From Corallochytrium limacisporum Hawaii (taxonomy: Eukaryota > Protista > Pluriformea), in assembly GCA_002811645.1 (NCBI GenBank), contig PDIP01000083.1:96937-160936 (forward strand): a stretch of 64,000 nt of DNA. The letters run 5' to 3'. The translations under genes were made by a program, and so were the position numbers. Below, one piece after another: positions 45,279 through 56,248 of this stretch. Numbering within the stretch: the first letter of the stretch is position 1; every line of letters begins with the position of its first letter. The notes below the pieces were generated by a model. The model was not told where the DNA came from and did no database searches. It saw only the letters and a list, made by a program, of their open reading frames with translations.

Positions 45279-48200
45279 TCAGATACCGTCTGGTGGTCGG
45301 TGAGCAGGGCCATTGGTCGGGTTTCCACTGGTGGAGGCGAAGTATGCCTCCACCATCCTCGCTCCTGGCTGCCTGAGATCGGCAGCCATCACAGTTGCAC
45401 CGTACCGACGGCTCATGCCCAAATCGTCGGGCTGTCCACCGGTCGCTGTAGTGGGACGCTGCGGATCGTTGACAGGACGGCCCAGGTCGTTTAATGGAGA
45501 ACCGTCGCGATGGTGGAATGACTCTACGATCGCATCATTGTCATGCTCACCACCGGTCATTTCGTTCTCATTTTCGTCCACAGTCGGGGCGAGGGGGATG
45601 CCACGCGTGGCCTCAAGACTCCAGGAGGCGTATTTAGAGTCGTTCCACGTCGGGATCCGCTCGCTGTGTGGCTGATCTGTGGCGGAGCGAATGAGCTGTT
45701 CATGTTCGTTGGTATACCGATCGAAACCAAACTTGCCTTGCACAAACTCGCGCAGTACCAAACCCAAGTCACGACGGCGCTTCTTGGTCTCCTCCTTGCA
45801 CATTTCGGCCCACAAGGTCTCAGGACCCTGAGCAATTAGCTCTCGCAGAGTCACATCACCGCCCAGAACATCAAGGTCCTTGGTCATGGCCAGAACGCTC
45901 ATGATACCTTCAGCTAGAGTGTGCGAGTCTGCAGGTGGCACAACACGGCCAATGATGCGGTTCTGCAAATCCGTCAATACCTCCTTGGTGCCACCGACAT
46001 CGGTGCAGACAACGGGCAGGCCGGCCAGACCAGCCTCACCCACCGCCAAGGGCAGACCCTCAGTGAAGCTGGAGTTGATAAACAGCCACCCAGAGGGCAG
46101 GACCACCTGCGGGTTTCCGAGACCCATGAGGAAGACATTCTTTTGCAAGCTGAAATTGGCAATGGCCGTGCGGCAGCGCTCGACGTAACCTGGATCGGAG
46201 TTGAGACTGCCATAGATAAAGAGCTTGAAGCCAGACAAACCGTAGGTCCAGACGATGTAGGATGCTGCAGTAATGGCGTTGATGACATCCTTTACAGCAT
46301 TCACGTGACTCAACATGACAGCACAAGGAGTGGGATATTCCAGTTCAGGGGCTGGTTTGAAACGACTCACATTCATGCCATTGGTGACGGCAGCAATCTT
46401 GCGGCGAGCGTTCATCTCGAGCTCTAGGCTGCCACCACGCAGGCCAGCCATCCATGTCTCCCAGTCCGGATTCAGGAAATTTGTGCATGGACACAAAATA
46501 TCCGCATTATAGTAAGATATCATGTTACCTAGTCGCTCCAGGCCCAAATGCGCCTGGCGGATGAAGCGGCTGCTGCGGGCGTAGATGAAACCGTGCAGTC
46601 GTTCGCGCCAGAGAATGCCGTGATCCCAAATGACCAGTCGACTTCCGGTCAGACGGCGGTGTGGGACGGCATAACAAGCTGTCTGCAAACCGTGATGGCT
46701 GGCGTGCAGTTCCTTGCCAGGAGCAACAAGCGGTATGGCGAAAGGAGTGAGCAGATGGCTGTACAGCATAAGCGTTTGACCCAGATCCGCGAACGAGGGC
46801 ATTTCACTGGGCATGAGCTCACCACTGCGGATCGCTTTCTGCATATGGGCAGTCCACTGCTCAGCGTAGGCCCGGTGCACCAGACGGTGCGACCATGTGG
46901 CCTTCCAGTCATGCTTCTGGAACCAAATAAACAGACCGACAAAAGTCTGTGAGTAGGACTCAAGGCGTTCGGCCAGCGATGGGTTGCCATCAGTACTCAG
47001 GTCATCAAAGCAACCGGCAAGAAGACCACCGAGCAAGGGCAGGAACTCGGATTTCATTGACTCTTCGCTAATGTGCAATTGGCGCAGGCCGATCTGCAGA
47101 TGCGTCTCGTTGCTCCACAAAGAGTTGGGCATAGCATCGTCGTGGACGGACCATAGCGGTGCAATGGTGACGTCCGTGACGTGCTTGAGGATCTGCAGAC
47201 CCGGAGTAGTGTTGCAGGCGTCGTTAGCGACCTCAGCCACGCCGAACCACGCAACGCTTTCAATGTTATCCACCAAGTCGCGACGACAGTTACTGACACC
47301 ACCACCTGCCATCGGCCAGGTACCAGAGTCGACATTAATGGCATCCACCGTCCCGTCAGTCTTAAACTGCTTGATGAAATCACGGTCGATCCCGTAGTAA
47401 CCACTGGCGGCCAAATACTTCATGTCCACACGAAGATGGGTACGTGCCTTGGGACCCTGGTCCATTTCCAGCACAGCCAGCATCTGCGTGCGACGCACGC
47501 GGCAAATTCTGCGGACGTACTCCATACGACCCTCGTCACGAAGCTTCAGGAGCTTACCAACTTCAGAGCGGCGCAGCAGATTAATGTCAACGTGACGCGC
47601 AAAGACACCATCAATGTCGCCACGGCGCCACGCACGCCATAAATGATTGCGCTTCTCCCGTAGCGACAGGTCACGGAACGGGAACACGTAGCACAGGTCT
47701 ACAGGATCCTCCTTCTCTTCCATTGCTGCCAGGTTCGGGTTGCTATTCTTGTTGAGCGACATCAAGCTGCCCGCTCCTTTCCACATTCGGGACATGAGGC
47801 TCACGTTCGAGGTGTATATGTTCGCAGAAGATTTGGATCTGCTCTCATTTTCTTTCTTCTTCTCGTCCTTACTCTTCTTTGGTAGTTCGGCCCAGTCCAG
47901 GACTCCAAAGCGGCGATGGCGGATGTTGAACTTCCATTGTGTCCATTGACTTGGCTTCACATGCAAAGGCAGACCTGCCAACAGGTCGAGGCTGCCCATG
48001 CGGTGCTGCCAGAAAGTGTTGTCTGCAATCTTGACAAAATCCAAAAGGGCTTTCGGAGGCTTGATCTCATCACAGTCGGTGACGAAGGAGTGGTTTAAAT
48101 GGAGATCCAGGTATTGGAAGTCACGGTTCAAGGTTTCCCGGGGACTCTTCTTCTGTGGTGAGACGTACCGGCGGGAAAAGCAGCGCCACTGGGGTACATC

Positions 48201-51200
48201 GTGAGCCTGGAACTTGATGAGCACCAATTCCTCGCCAGTAAGGTAGCCACGCCAGGCAACTGTGTGAATAGGTTGGTTTGGATAGTCGCGGAAACTATGG
48301 TACTTGATCTCCATGCGACCGAGTTCCCTGAAGTGGAGTGCCTTCCCTTCCACACTGGCATCTATGTGCTCGTATTCGGCTGTCTTTTCCGCCTTCTTTT
48401 CGTCCGAGCGTGAAGAACCCCGAGCTCGCCGGCCCTCATTCTTCACACGGCGCTTCACCGTCCAAAGAACACTCTGAATACGCCATTCATTGACGGCTTC
48501 GACGTGATCGCGCTCGTTACTATAAGACACATGACCGGTGAGCAGGGCATCTGTGATCAGTTCGTCTGTTTCACTTTTGACAACTCCATTTGCGGGCATT
48601 GCCGTCTTGAGTTCAATGAGCTTGATGTGCCCATCGTCAGTGTACTCAAAGCAACTAGTGGGCTCTGCACGACCGGGGTGGATCAAATTGCTACCTGGGT
48701 ACGTCTCCACCCGAGAGAGGTACATGTTCTCATCGTGTTCCTTTGGTACTTTGTAGCCAAAGAAGGTCGTGCAATTACCGTTCAGATCGCGTCGAATCAG
48801 TGGCTTAGCCCAACCGGCATCCGCCATATATGTCATGCGACCCCGAAGCTTCTGGCCCTTCTGAAGCTCAGGGCTCGGGCATTTCTTGCGGGCTTGTGTC
48901 TTGTCTACAACATCGCTCACACGCTCTTCTACACGGAACGTCGTGAGGTTCTTCAGCGCGGAGCTTCCCATGCTCCACGGGAAGAATTCGCGGTGGATGT
49001 CCGACTTGGGGTTTGCCTTGAGGACGTCCCTGCTGCGGGCGTCAGCATTGTCTAGGGAAATGTCGTCCACTATTACAATCTCGACCGAATCTGCACCCGT
49101 GAAGGTCTCCAAACCGTGCAGGACGCCGCTCACAGAGTCCCAGTACGCGCGCTTCAGTGCGCCGTGATGCAGGAAGCGCTGTAGAGCCCGGATACCTGGC
49201 ACACGACGGCCCGTAAGGGACTGGGTGATTTCGTAGCGAAGCATACGACTGTATCGGTGCAGCCACAGCAGGAAAACACTCCAGGCAATGCTGATGTCAA
49301 ACAGAATGCTTGGTCTCTGGAATCCCGTTCGGTGGGCATGCAGTGCGGGTCCAAACCGCTCGTCACCACAGGCAGCGAGGTAGGTGATAATCCACCAGCT
49401 CTGAATGAAGGAGTAAGACCAAACGTTGATCAGCTCCTTTTCCGGAATATCTTCCATGAGTGTGCTCTCATCAAGATGGAACAGACTATCTTCCTGACTT
49501 TTCTCTGGTGTTGTGGGCTGGATTTCCAAAGGCATTTCGCTGGTGAACCCTTCGGTGGAGTCACTGACGGGATTAACGCTGCCGGTATCGGGTTGCTGCT
49601 TCTCTCCCATACCATTGCTGTGTCCTGGGAAGTCAACAGTAACATGCCGGCCGGGGCTGTCAACTCCCTCAAAGAAATCGAGGTCTTCAAATTCATCAGG
49701 CTTCAGAAGTAGACGGCAAGCATCTACATCAGCGCGGGCGTGACCCAAGATCTGGCTGAAGCCTACTGGGATCACCGTACGGCGAAGTGGACGGTTGCTG
49801 ATCAGGCTCGCCAGGTTGATCGCCAAGTGAATGCGAATGGATGCACGGATAACCTGCTGACGGATTTCTCTCTCGTCCCTGTATCCGGTAATGGGCAGAA
49901 GCAGACGATTCATCAGTTCAAATTCATCAGTGGCAGTGTACTTCATCATAGGCAGCGGAGCCTGCGCTACAATCGTGCGCAGGGCCTTGGCGACAATACG
50001 ATGTTCCGTGTGAGTCATCCTACTCCAATGAGAACTCAAATCCGCTCCCTCGTGTTGCAGGGAAAGCGCGTTGCGCATAATTGCAGAAGCTGTGCCGAGG
50101 GCTAGCTTGTCAAAGACAGCCTGACTCAGATCCGCAATTTCGTTTAGCATGCGCGTGGGTACTGGTCCACGCTCGGCTGAGAACTCCTCCGGGATAGGCA
50201 GTGACAGACAGGCTTCCAGTGCGACGGCGTCATGATGTGTGTACTTCAAGACTTCCTCGACGTACTCGTGCAGAACAGCCTCGGCCATGGCCTGGGGAGT
50301 GCAAACCACCGATGTGTTGATGATGACGTGTAGTGAGACACCGCCGCCATCCACCTCAGTGATTTGGGCACTCGCAGCACCATGGGTGCCCTTCAGAATG
50401 TCACGAGTGGTGTAGACATGAATCGATTTGCCATTCCACTGCTCGAGGCACTCGGCCACAATCTGACGCCAGTCGGGGAAGGCCTCGGTAGTCAACCGCT
50501 CCCAGACAGCAATGTGGTTTCTGTGGATACCTTCCACGGCCTCATGATCATAGAATGGCACTTCCTTGGACTTGTAGAAGACTTGGGCAATCTTAACACC
50601 GAGCTCATCCTCATTTGGGTCAATGTGCGTGGACGATTTCAGCAGTTTCCACATGTTGTCACTCTGCAGAAGAGCCAAGCGCCGTAGAGAGCGCGCATGA
50701 TTGCCATCGTGGCTGATGAGATGCATACCAGAAGTCTGCAGACGACGATCCAGCGTGATATCGTCAATATCCATAATGGTACGCAGGGACAGATACATCA
50801 TGCCAGCGGCGAAGATCCAACTGGCCATGAGCACTGAAACGGTGTAACCAAAGTTTTCATCAATGCCAATAATAAGAAAACCCATAATCAATCCAGCAAT
50901 GATGGCAAAAACCATAACTAGCAGGACGGGTGAATCCATACCTGCCACAAAGACCTTATGATACAAACCGACCAACAGGGCAGTGTATCCTACAACCAAA
51001 ATCAGGTAGAACATGACCGCATTCTTTGTGTCAGCGTCGCTGTCCAAGCTTAGAAGCATACCCGCTCCTGCGACTACAAAGCCGATGCACATAAAGAAGA
51101 TAAGTCGATACAGACCTTCTTTGTACTGAATCATCTTGCGCTTCAGGAAAAATAGCCGCAGCTGATCTGTGCCCTTTTGTCCGTGAATTTCGTGGTTTTC

Positions 51201-54200
51201 GAGCAGCAACGGGTCATTGGTGATGAAATTATTTGAGTCGATTGGATTCAGATCAGTGACCGTCGCCAATATGACCTCGAAAGTGGAAGCCACTATCAGC
51301 AAATAAAGCACAGCCCAGGTACTGCCATGGATGAAGCCCTCATTAAGGTCAGTTCCCTGGGCACTGAAGAAGGCCGGGGGATTGCCGCGGAAGATGCTCA
51401 ACCAACGATCCACAAAAATGATCATGAAGTAAAGGATACCGTATGCGGTGGCCCGATAGGCTTCCGGGGCGAGTAGATCACCACGCGGCTGTTGCTCTGC
51501 GGACTTCTTGTTCTTAATACGTGTCAAGCCTTGGCCCACCTGGGCATTCCAAATGTCGCCGAAAGGCATGACGTCTCCGCCCATGTGTGCCAGAGCACGG
51601 ATCAGAGCTTCATCACGGTACTGGCTAGCACGGTTGCGTACCACAGAGTAGGTGTCACCGAGTTGTTGCAGCTGAGGTGCACGCTGGTAACCAAAGTATT
51701 TGCCAACGTAGGGTAGTTCCTGGTACCACTTGCGGGTCGTTTCGTCGAGACAGAGCACAGTAAAGGTTAGGCGGGCCGCACGCTCCCACCGCTTCTTTTC
51801 TTTGTCGTTCTTGTATGTCTTTCCGCCCAACTGCTCGTACAGATTGTAGATATCTGTTTCTTTGGTCATGTGAATCCGGTTCGGCAGTGCATACCAGTTG
51901 CTGAGCAGACGAGGGTACAAAAACGTGTAGATGAGACAAGTGGAGGCGAGAGCTATTACGTAAATCAGGGCCAGAAGCCAATTTCGCGGGTCGGATGTCT
52001 TGGTATTGGCAACCTCATCGGAGGGAATACCCGTGATCTCCTCACTGGCAAACGTGGCCAAGAAGAAGGCCACCAAAAGCGGGGCCGAACCCAAGGTACC
52101 CACCAAAGGACCTTGTGAAAGGAACAGAGTTCCCTCCCAGCGGATCAAAAACAGGGTTGCAAACAGGAACAAATAGATACCAAACAGACATGACCAGATG
52201 ATAGCGAATGGCAAGTCCGCTGAATAGTCTATGTCGTCAACAACAGCAATGCAGATACCAGCTGTCAGGATCATGGCTACGGTAATCGTGTGTACACCAA
52301 AGACGAGACCACGACTGACCTCGTGAGCCACAATGGAGGGGGAGTGTTGGTACTTGTAGTAGGCAATGTTGACGGCACCCGAGTTGACCAAACCGCCCAT
52401 CAAGGTAAACGTGACGATCAGTGCAACGTTGACACACGCACTCAGGCTTCCCGTGAACGAACCCGAACTGAAGATACCATGACCCACGAAACTGTTGAGG
52501 ATAATGTCAACCGCACCGGGTAAGCTGAAGTAAAGACCACTCACACTGAGACCAAACACCTTGATCACCTTGGCTTTGCGGTTCTCTAGTCGCCGAACAT
52601 CGGATACCTCTTCCATAGCTGTGGAGACTTGCACGGCAGCTTCCAAACGCAGACTGTGGTACAACAAACGGGCAAACCGGTTCATGGGCACACCAAATAG
52701 AGTCATGGCAATGGGGGCACCGCGTGTAGTCTCGAGGGCCACGGCAATCTGATCTGGCTCTGCCATGGGGACCTCCACTTTGCGGAAAACATCAAAAGTC
52801 AATTCCTCTAGACACAGATTCCAAAAGGCATTGCGGAATGTCAATTCAAGCAAACGGGCCGCCGCGCTGGTGTCCTCACGCAACCGACCGAGAAAGACAA
52901 AGAACGTCTTGCGCCTTGCGTCCTCAGTGAGGGCCTTGTGCCAAATGTACAATGCAGTGTTTTCAACGCTGAACACATTACCCTTCATGATGCGACTGAC
53001 ATTGCGTTCCGCAAAGTTGTATGCACCAGTCTCCTGAAGCACACTCATCTGTGCAAAGTGGCCAATGTGATCATAGCATGAATAGACCCACGCCCGGAGA
53101 GCCTTGTGGTCATTGTCATTCAGCCCCCACTTGTAGAAATGTCCCTTACGAGAACTCAGTACAGAAATGTCGATACAGCCTTTCGGTGTTAATCCATTCA
53201 CCTCGTCTATCCACCGCTTGGGTACGCACATAGTATCCTGGTCGGTTTGAGACAGCTCCATACTTGCAGCCAATAGAGCCAGGGCCGGATGGATACCCTG
53301 GTGCAGCAGTAGAAGCTCCGCGACGTGCACAATTTTGATGGAATCACTCACCGGCAAAAATATGTGGTAGCGAGAGTCCCCTTCGATGTACAATCCAACA
53401 CCGTCCAAGATTGGGGTCACGGTGCCTCCTGATCTAACTTCAAGTTTCATGTTCATCATAGTGCTCTTGTGCATCATTACAATCTCGATGTTGTCATTTA
53501 GAACCATTTCCATGGCTTCTTCGAGACCATACTTCAACTCCACAATACTCTGCTCCGTCAGAATCCGCGAATATTTGCTGTTCACATCACTGATAGTGCT
53601 CATCACAAATTTGTAGTATTCCAAGATTGCCTTGCAGCTGGTTGTCAAATGGGTGGGTTCACGGTCAACTCCACTCTCCTTGACTTCCCTCTCATGTTCT
53701 GACCGTTCCTGCTGCAAAGGGAAGCGCACGATCTTGCGCTTGCACAAGTCCGTTAGAGACATCCGCAAGCGTGTGCCATCCTCATCGCTGACCCCATCCA
53801 TTGATAATGGCATCAGGAAATCCACGACCTTCTTACGGCTAGTGTTCGTCTCTCTGGCAATCGCTGACTCGTAGTTCGGTCCAAGCCTTTCTGCCAACGG
53901 CATGGTCGGAGCCATGTCGTGCCGGCCATTCTTGTACTCTTGGTAGATCTTGGGAGGAATCCTGGCATCTTTTCTCCCGTCCACTTCCCGTGGATCACGC
54001 TTTACGTATCTGCCCTTCGGTGCGTCCTCACAGAACAAAAGCATTTGATTGTACTCATCCAGGCGATGCTTCAGCAACGGTTCTGTAATTTCCCGATCGT
54101 TGCGAAGCGTCTGCATGGCCTGGTCCCATGATTCAGTGATTTCGTCACGGGTGGGTATATCCATATGTTCCGCGACGTACAGCAAATCCATGACCACAGG

Positions 54201-55511
54201 CTCCTTCGAGCATTCCACAGCACCCACAAATTCAGATCCAAGACGGCTCTTTGACGAATCCACAGGCTGCAAGAATGTACCATCGGGAGCGACATATCCA
54301 ACAAAGTTGTTGTGCTTCAACCAGCGGCTAAAGGACATGGTAAGCTGAATGGGCAGATTAGCACCAGAAAAGTCAATGATGAACGTTTGGAAGTCATTCC
54401 GAATGCTCTGTTCGCTGCTGAGGCCAGCCACAGCAGTGTCGAAGCGCTCCTTGCGCATTCCAGACCGAATCAGCAGCTCACCTTTCTCAGTCATCACCGC
54501 ACCGTGACCAACCACACCGTTGATAGCATCTCGAATCAGCGGGAAGATACCAATGGCACCCTCAATGATGATGACCGCTTCGGGCAGTGCATTTCGAACC
54601 AAAACGATAAGATCAGCAATATCACCCGTGGTCATGCCTGCTTCTGCCAACGCGTCAATACCCCGAATGAAAATACCATCAAAACATACAACTGATACCA
54701 AATGGTTCACATAGCTGCGCAGGAAACGAACCCTTTCGTGTCGTACCTCTGTCCGTGGCTTTGTATTCGCAAAGATCACCGTCATGTCCACCTCAGTGAT
54801 TACGTATGCAGCTGCCAGAAGCAAATCCTGCTCGATGTTGGTCTCAATCTCCAGAATGCGGCGCTTGTGGAAAGCAGGTCCGTCGCGCATGTTTGAAGTT
54901 GGGGCGGCAGTTGTAGCCGATACGAGGCCTCCAACGTGGGCCGTTCGTGGCCTGGAGTCCTGATTGGCAAGGACTGGATCCATGCAGAATTCGGGAAAGC
55001 TCATCGGACTCTGGAGAATTAGAAGATCTGGTAAGCCTTCACCATCCACCAGCAAATTTGATGGGTTACCGCGGAAAATGCCAACGCTATTGACCCGTTC
55101 GGCGTTGAAACTGTTAGCACTCGCGACGGGCACCAGAACGCTCTCTGCCGCACCCAAGTAGTCTGTGGTTTTGGCGTGCCCAGTGCTCAGGAAATGCTCC
55201 TGACGGGCACCGAAGGTCACCGTCTTATCAAAGTTGGGTGCGCTTTGATAGGCCACGTTCTGTTCCATGTCGTCGTCAAATATATCAGCCTCCGCTATGG
55301 GTTCAACCAATGCCTGTGTCGTGACTTCCAAACCCTCCTGTGTGAATTGTTGGCCCGTAGCTGCCTCTGCGATCCGCACTGCATTGCCCAGTTTCTTCAT
55401 ATCTACGGTCAATTTCCGTGGATCGACCTTGTAATTGCGGTACGCCATTGCGACACCACCAATAAGGGCAATGCCCATGAACACGAGCAGGATAATCAGC
55501 GCAGTGTCCAT
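45279..55511 (-). CDS. Giant multi-TM GT4 glycosyltransferase, Gtb3/PelF-like putative exopolysaccharide synthase (~3410 aa)
   Basis: ATG at 55511 (track start is GTG). N-terminal TM, degenerate TIM-barrel-like region, two multi-TM blocks (~52560-50770), DSGTWPMAGGGVSNCRRDLV, HASHHG, VIWDHGILWRER, VMLSHVNAVKD, GT4 E-x7-E motif NSSFTEGLPLAVGEA, VVCTDVGG. Confidence 0.88.
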   Translation of the reverse strand: MDTALIILLVFMGIALIGGVAMAYRNYKVDPRKLTVDMKKLGNAVRIAEAATGQQFTQEGLEVTTQALVEPIAEADIFDDDMEQNVAYQSAPNFDKTVTFGARQEHFLSTGHAKTTDYLGAAESVLVPVASANSFNAERVNSVGIFRGNPSNLLVDGEGLPDLLILQSPMSFPEFCMDPVLANQDSRPRTAHVGGLVSATTAAPTSNMRDGPAFHKRRILEIETNIEQDLLLAAAYVITEVDMTVIFANTKPRTEVRHERVRFLRSYVNHLVSVVCFDGIFIRGIDALAEAGMTTGDIADLIVLVRNALPEAVIIIEGAIGIFPLIRDAINGVVGHGAVMTEKGELLIRSGMRKERFDTAVAGLSSEQSIRNDFQTFIIDFSGANLPIQLTMSFSRWLKHNNFVGYVAPDGTFLQPVDSSKSRLGSEFVGAVECSKEPVVMDLLYVAEHMDIPTRDEITESWDQAMQTLRNDREITEPLLKHRLDEYNQMLLFCEDAPKGRYVKRDPREVDGRKDARIPPKIYQEYKNGRHDMAPTMPLAERLGPNYESAIARETNTSRKKVVDFLMPLSMDGVSDEDGTRLRMSLTDLCKRKIVRFPLQQERSEHEREVKESGVDREPTHLTTSCKAILEYYKFVMSTISDVNSKYSRILTEQSIVELKYGLEEAMEMVLNDNIEIVMMHKSTMMNMKLEVRSGGTVTPILDGVGLYIEGDSRYHIFLPVSDSIKIVHVAELLLLHQGIHPALALLAASMELSQTDQDTMCVPKRWIDEVNGLTPKGCIDISVLSSRKGHFYKWGLNDNDHKALRAWVYSCYDHIGHFAQMSVLQETGAYNFAERNVSRIMKGNVFSVENTALYIWHKALTEDARRKTFFVFLGRLREDTSAAARLLELTFRNAFWNLCLEELTFDVFRKVEVPMAEPDQIAVALETTRGAPIAMTLFGVPMNRFARLLYHSLRLEAAVQVSTAMEEVSDVRRLENRKAKVIKVFGLSVSGLYFSLPGAVDIILNSFVGHGIFSSGSFTGSLSACVNVALIVTFTLMGGLVNSGAVNIAYYKYQHSPSIVAHEVSRGLVFGVHTITVAMILTAGICIAVVDDIDYSADLPFAIIWSCLFGIYLFLFATLFLIRWEGTLFLSQGPLVGTLGSAPLLVAFFLATFASEEITGIPSDEVANTKTSDPRNWLLALIYVIALASTCLIYTFLYPRLLSNWYALPNRIHMTKETDIYNLYEQLGGKTYKNDKEKKRWERAARLTFTVLCLDETTRKWYQELPYVGKYFGYQRAPQLQQLGDTYSVVRNRASQYRDEALIRALAHMGGDVMPFGDIWNAQVGQGLTRIKNKKSAEQQPRGDLLAPEAYRATAYGILYFMIIFVDRWLSIFRGNPPAFFSAQGTDLNEGFIHGSTWAVLYLLIVASTFEVILATVTDLNPIDSNNFITNDPLLLENHEIHGQKGTDQLRLFFLKRKMIQYKEGLYRLIFFMCIGFVVAGAGMLLSLDSDADTKNAVMFYLILVVGYTALLVGLYHKVFVAGMDSPVLLVMVFAIIAGLIMGFLIIGIDENFGYTVSVLMASWIFAAGMMYLSLRTIMDIDDITLDRRLQTSGMHLISHDGNHARSLRRLALLQSDNMWKLLKSSTHIDPNEDELGVKIAQVFYKSKEVPFYDHEAVEGIHRNHIAVWERLTTEAFPDWRQIVAECLEQWNGKSIHVYTTRDILKGTHGAASAQITEVDGGGVSLHVIINTSVVCTPQAMAEAVLHEYVEEVLKYTHHDAVALEACLSLPIPEEFSAERGPVPTRMLNEIADLSQAVFDKLALGTASAIMRNALSLQHEGADLSSHWSRMTHTEHRIVAKALRTIVAQAPLPMMKYTATDEFELMNRLLLPITGYRDEREIRQQVIRASIRIHLAINLASLISNRPLRRTVIPVGFSQILGHARADVDACRLLLKPDEFEDLDFFEGVDSPGRHVTVDFPGHSNGMGEKQQPDTGSVNPVSDSTEGFTSEMPLEIQPTTPEKSQEDSLFHLDESTLMEDIPEKELINVWSYSFIQSWWIITYLAACGDERFGPALHAHRTGFQRPSILFDISIAWSVFLLWLHRYSRMLRYEITQSLTGRRVPGIRALQRFLHHGALKRAYWDSVSGVLHGLETFTGADSVEIVIVDDISLDNADARSRDVLKANPKSDIHREFFPWSMGSSALKNLTTFRVEERVSDVVDKTQARKKCPSPELQKGQKLRGRMTYMADAGWAKPLIRRDLNGNCTTFFGYKVPKEHDENMYLSRVETYPGSNLIHPGRAEPTSCFEYTDDGHIKLIELKTAMPANGVVKSETDELITDALLTGHVSYSNERDHVEAVNEWRIQSVLWTVKRRVKNEGRRARGSSRSDEKKAEKTAEYEHIDASVEGKALHFRELGRMEIKYHSFRDYPNQPIHTVAWRGYLTGEELVLIKFQAHDVPQWRCFSRRYVSPQKKSPRETLNRDFQYLDLHLNHSFVTDCDEIKPPKALLDFVKIADNTFWQHRMGSLDLLAGLPLHVKPSQWTQWKFNIRHRRFGVLDWAELPKKSKDEKKKENESRSKSSANIYTSNVSLMSRMWKGAGSLMSLNKNSNPNLAAMEEKEDPVDLCYVFPFRDLSLREKRNHLWRAWRRGDIDGVFARHVDINLLRRSEVGKLLKLRDEGRMEYVRRICRVRRTQMLAVLEMDQGPKARTHLRVDMKYLAASGYYGIDRDFIKQFKTDGTVDAINVDSGTWPMAGGGVSNCRRDLVDNIESVAWFGVAEVANDACNTTPGLQILKHVTDVTIAPLWSVHDDAMPNSLWSNETHLQIGLRQLHISEESMKSEFLPLLGGLLAGCFDDLSTDGNPSLAERLESYSQTFVGLFIWFQKHDWKATWSHRLVHRAYAEQWTAHMQKAIRSGELMPSEMPSFADLGQTLMLYSHLLTPFAIPLVAPGKELHASHHGLQTACYAVPHRRLTGSRLVIWDHGILWRERLHGFIYARSSRFIRQAHLGLERLGNMISYYNADILCPCTNFLNPDWETWMAGLRGGSLELEMNARRKIAAVTNGMNVSRFKPAPELEYPTPCAVMLSHVNAVKDVINAITAASYIVWTYGLSGFKLFIYGSLNSDPGYVERCRTAIANFSLQKNVFLMGLGNPQVVLPSGWLFINSSFTEGLPLAVGEAGLAGLPVVCTDVGGTKEVLTDLQNRIIGRVVPPADSHTLAEGIMSVLAMTKDLDVLGGDVTLRELIAQGPETLWAEMCKEETKKRRRDLGLVLREFVQGKFGFDRYTNEHEQLIRSATDQPHSERIPTWNDSKYASWSLEATRGIPLAPTVDENENEMTGGEHDNDAIVESFHHRDGSPLNDLGRPVNDPQRPTTATGGQPDDLGMSRRYGATVMAADLRQPGARMVEAYFASTSGNPTNGPAHRPPDGI

Positions 55512-56248
55512 GGCTATAGGCACCTAAACAGCAGTCCCGTGTCTATATGTGTTCTATGTTCCCAAGGTGTAGGTAAGAATGGGTAATGCAATTCTCCGCT
55601 TCTCTACATAATTTGGTCTCGAATCTTGCGTACAAATATCTTTCGTGTACGAATATGTTGTGTTACAAAGAGTTGATAGCAGTGTAAGCGAGACTTTGTT
55701 ACAAGTATCAGTAGATTCTATGAGTGCTTCTGATCTTGGAATAGCTTCCCTAGACTTATCGTCTTAGGGATGCATAGGAATCACACCTGCAGAGTCGGTA
55801 TCTCCCAGCCGCACTCCAGTGTCTACACCACCACAGAAACCGCCTCAGGGGTCTCGTCATACCCCAATTTGGCTGTGCATCACCAAGTCCCCAGAATTGT
55901 GTCCAACCGTCGCTACACCAAATCGTGCACACACAGATGGCGACCAGCCGAGAAACACTCTCCCCAAGACTTTCTTCTGCCACTTCCAAACAAGACTCTT
56001 GGAGACACCCGCAAACGGCATAGAAAACGTACGAGAATTCAATCCCAATGGGAGCGGATTTACGTCTCAAACTCTTCTGCCCGCTTCCCGGCCCCGACTG
56101 AAAAGTGAGAGGGGCGTTTGAGTCACGGACACAGAGAGAGCGAGAGACACGCGAGGGCGAGACGCCATAGGACAAAAACTGAAGGTCTTTTTACACTGAC
56201 TTCCCAGTCGGTCGCGAGGAGGGAGGGACGGCAGGGGGGGACGGGGAG

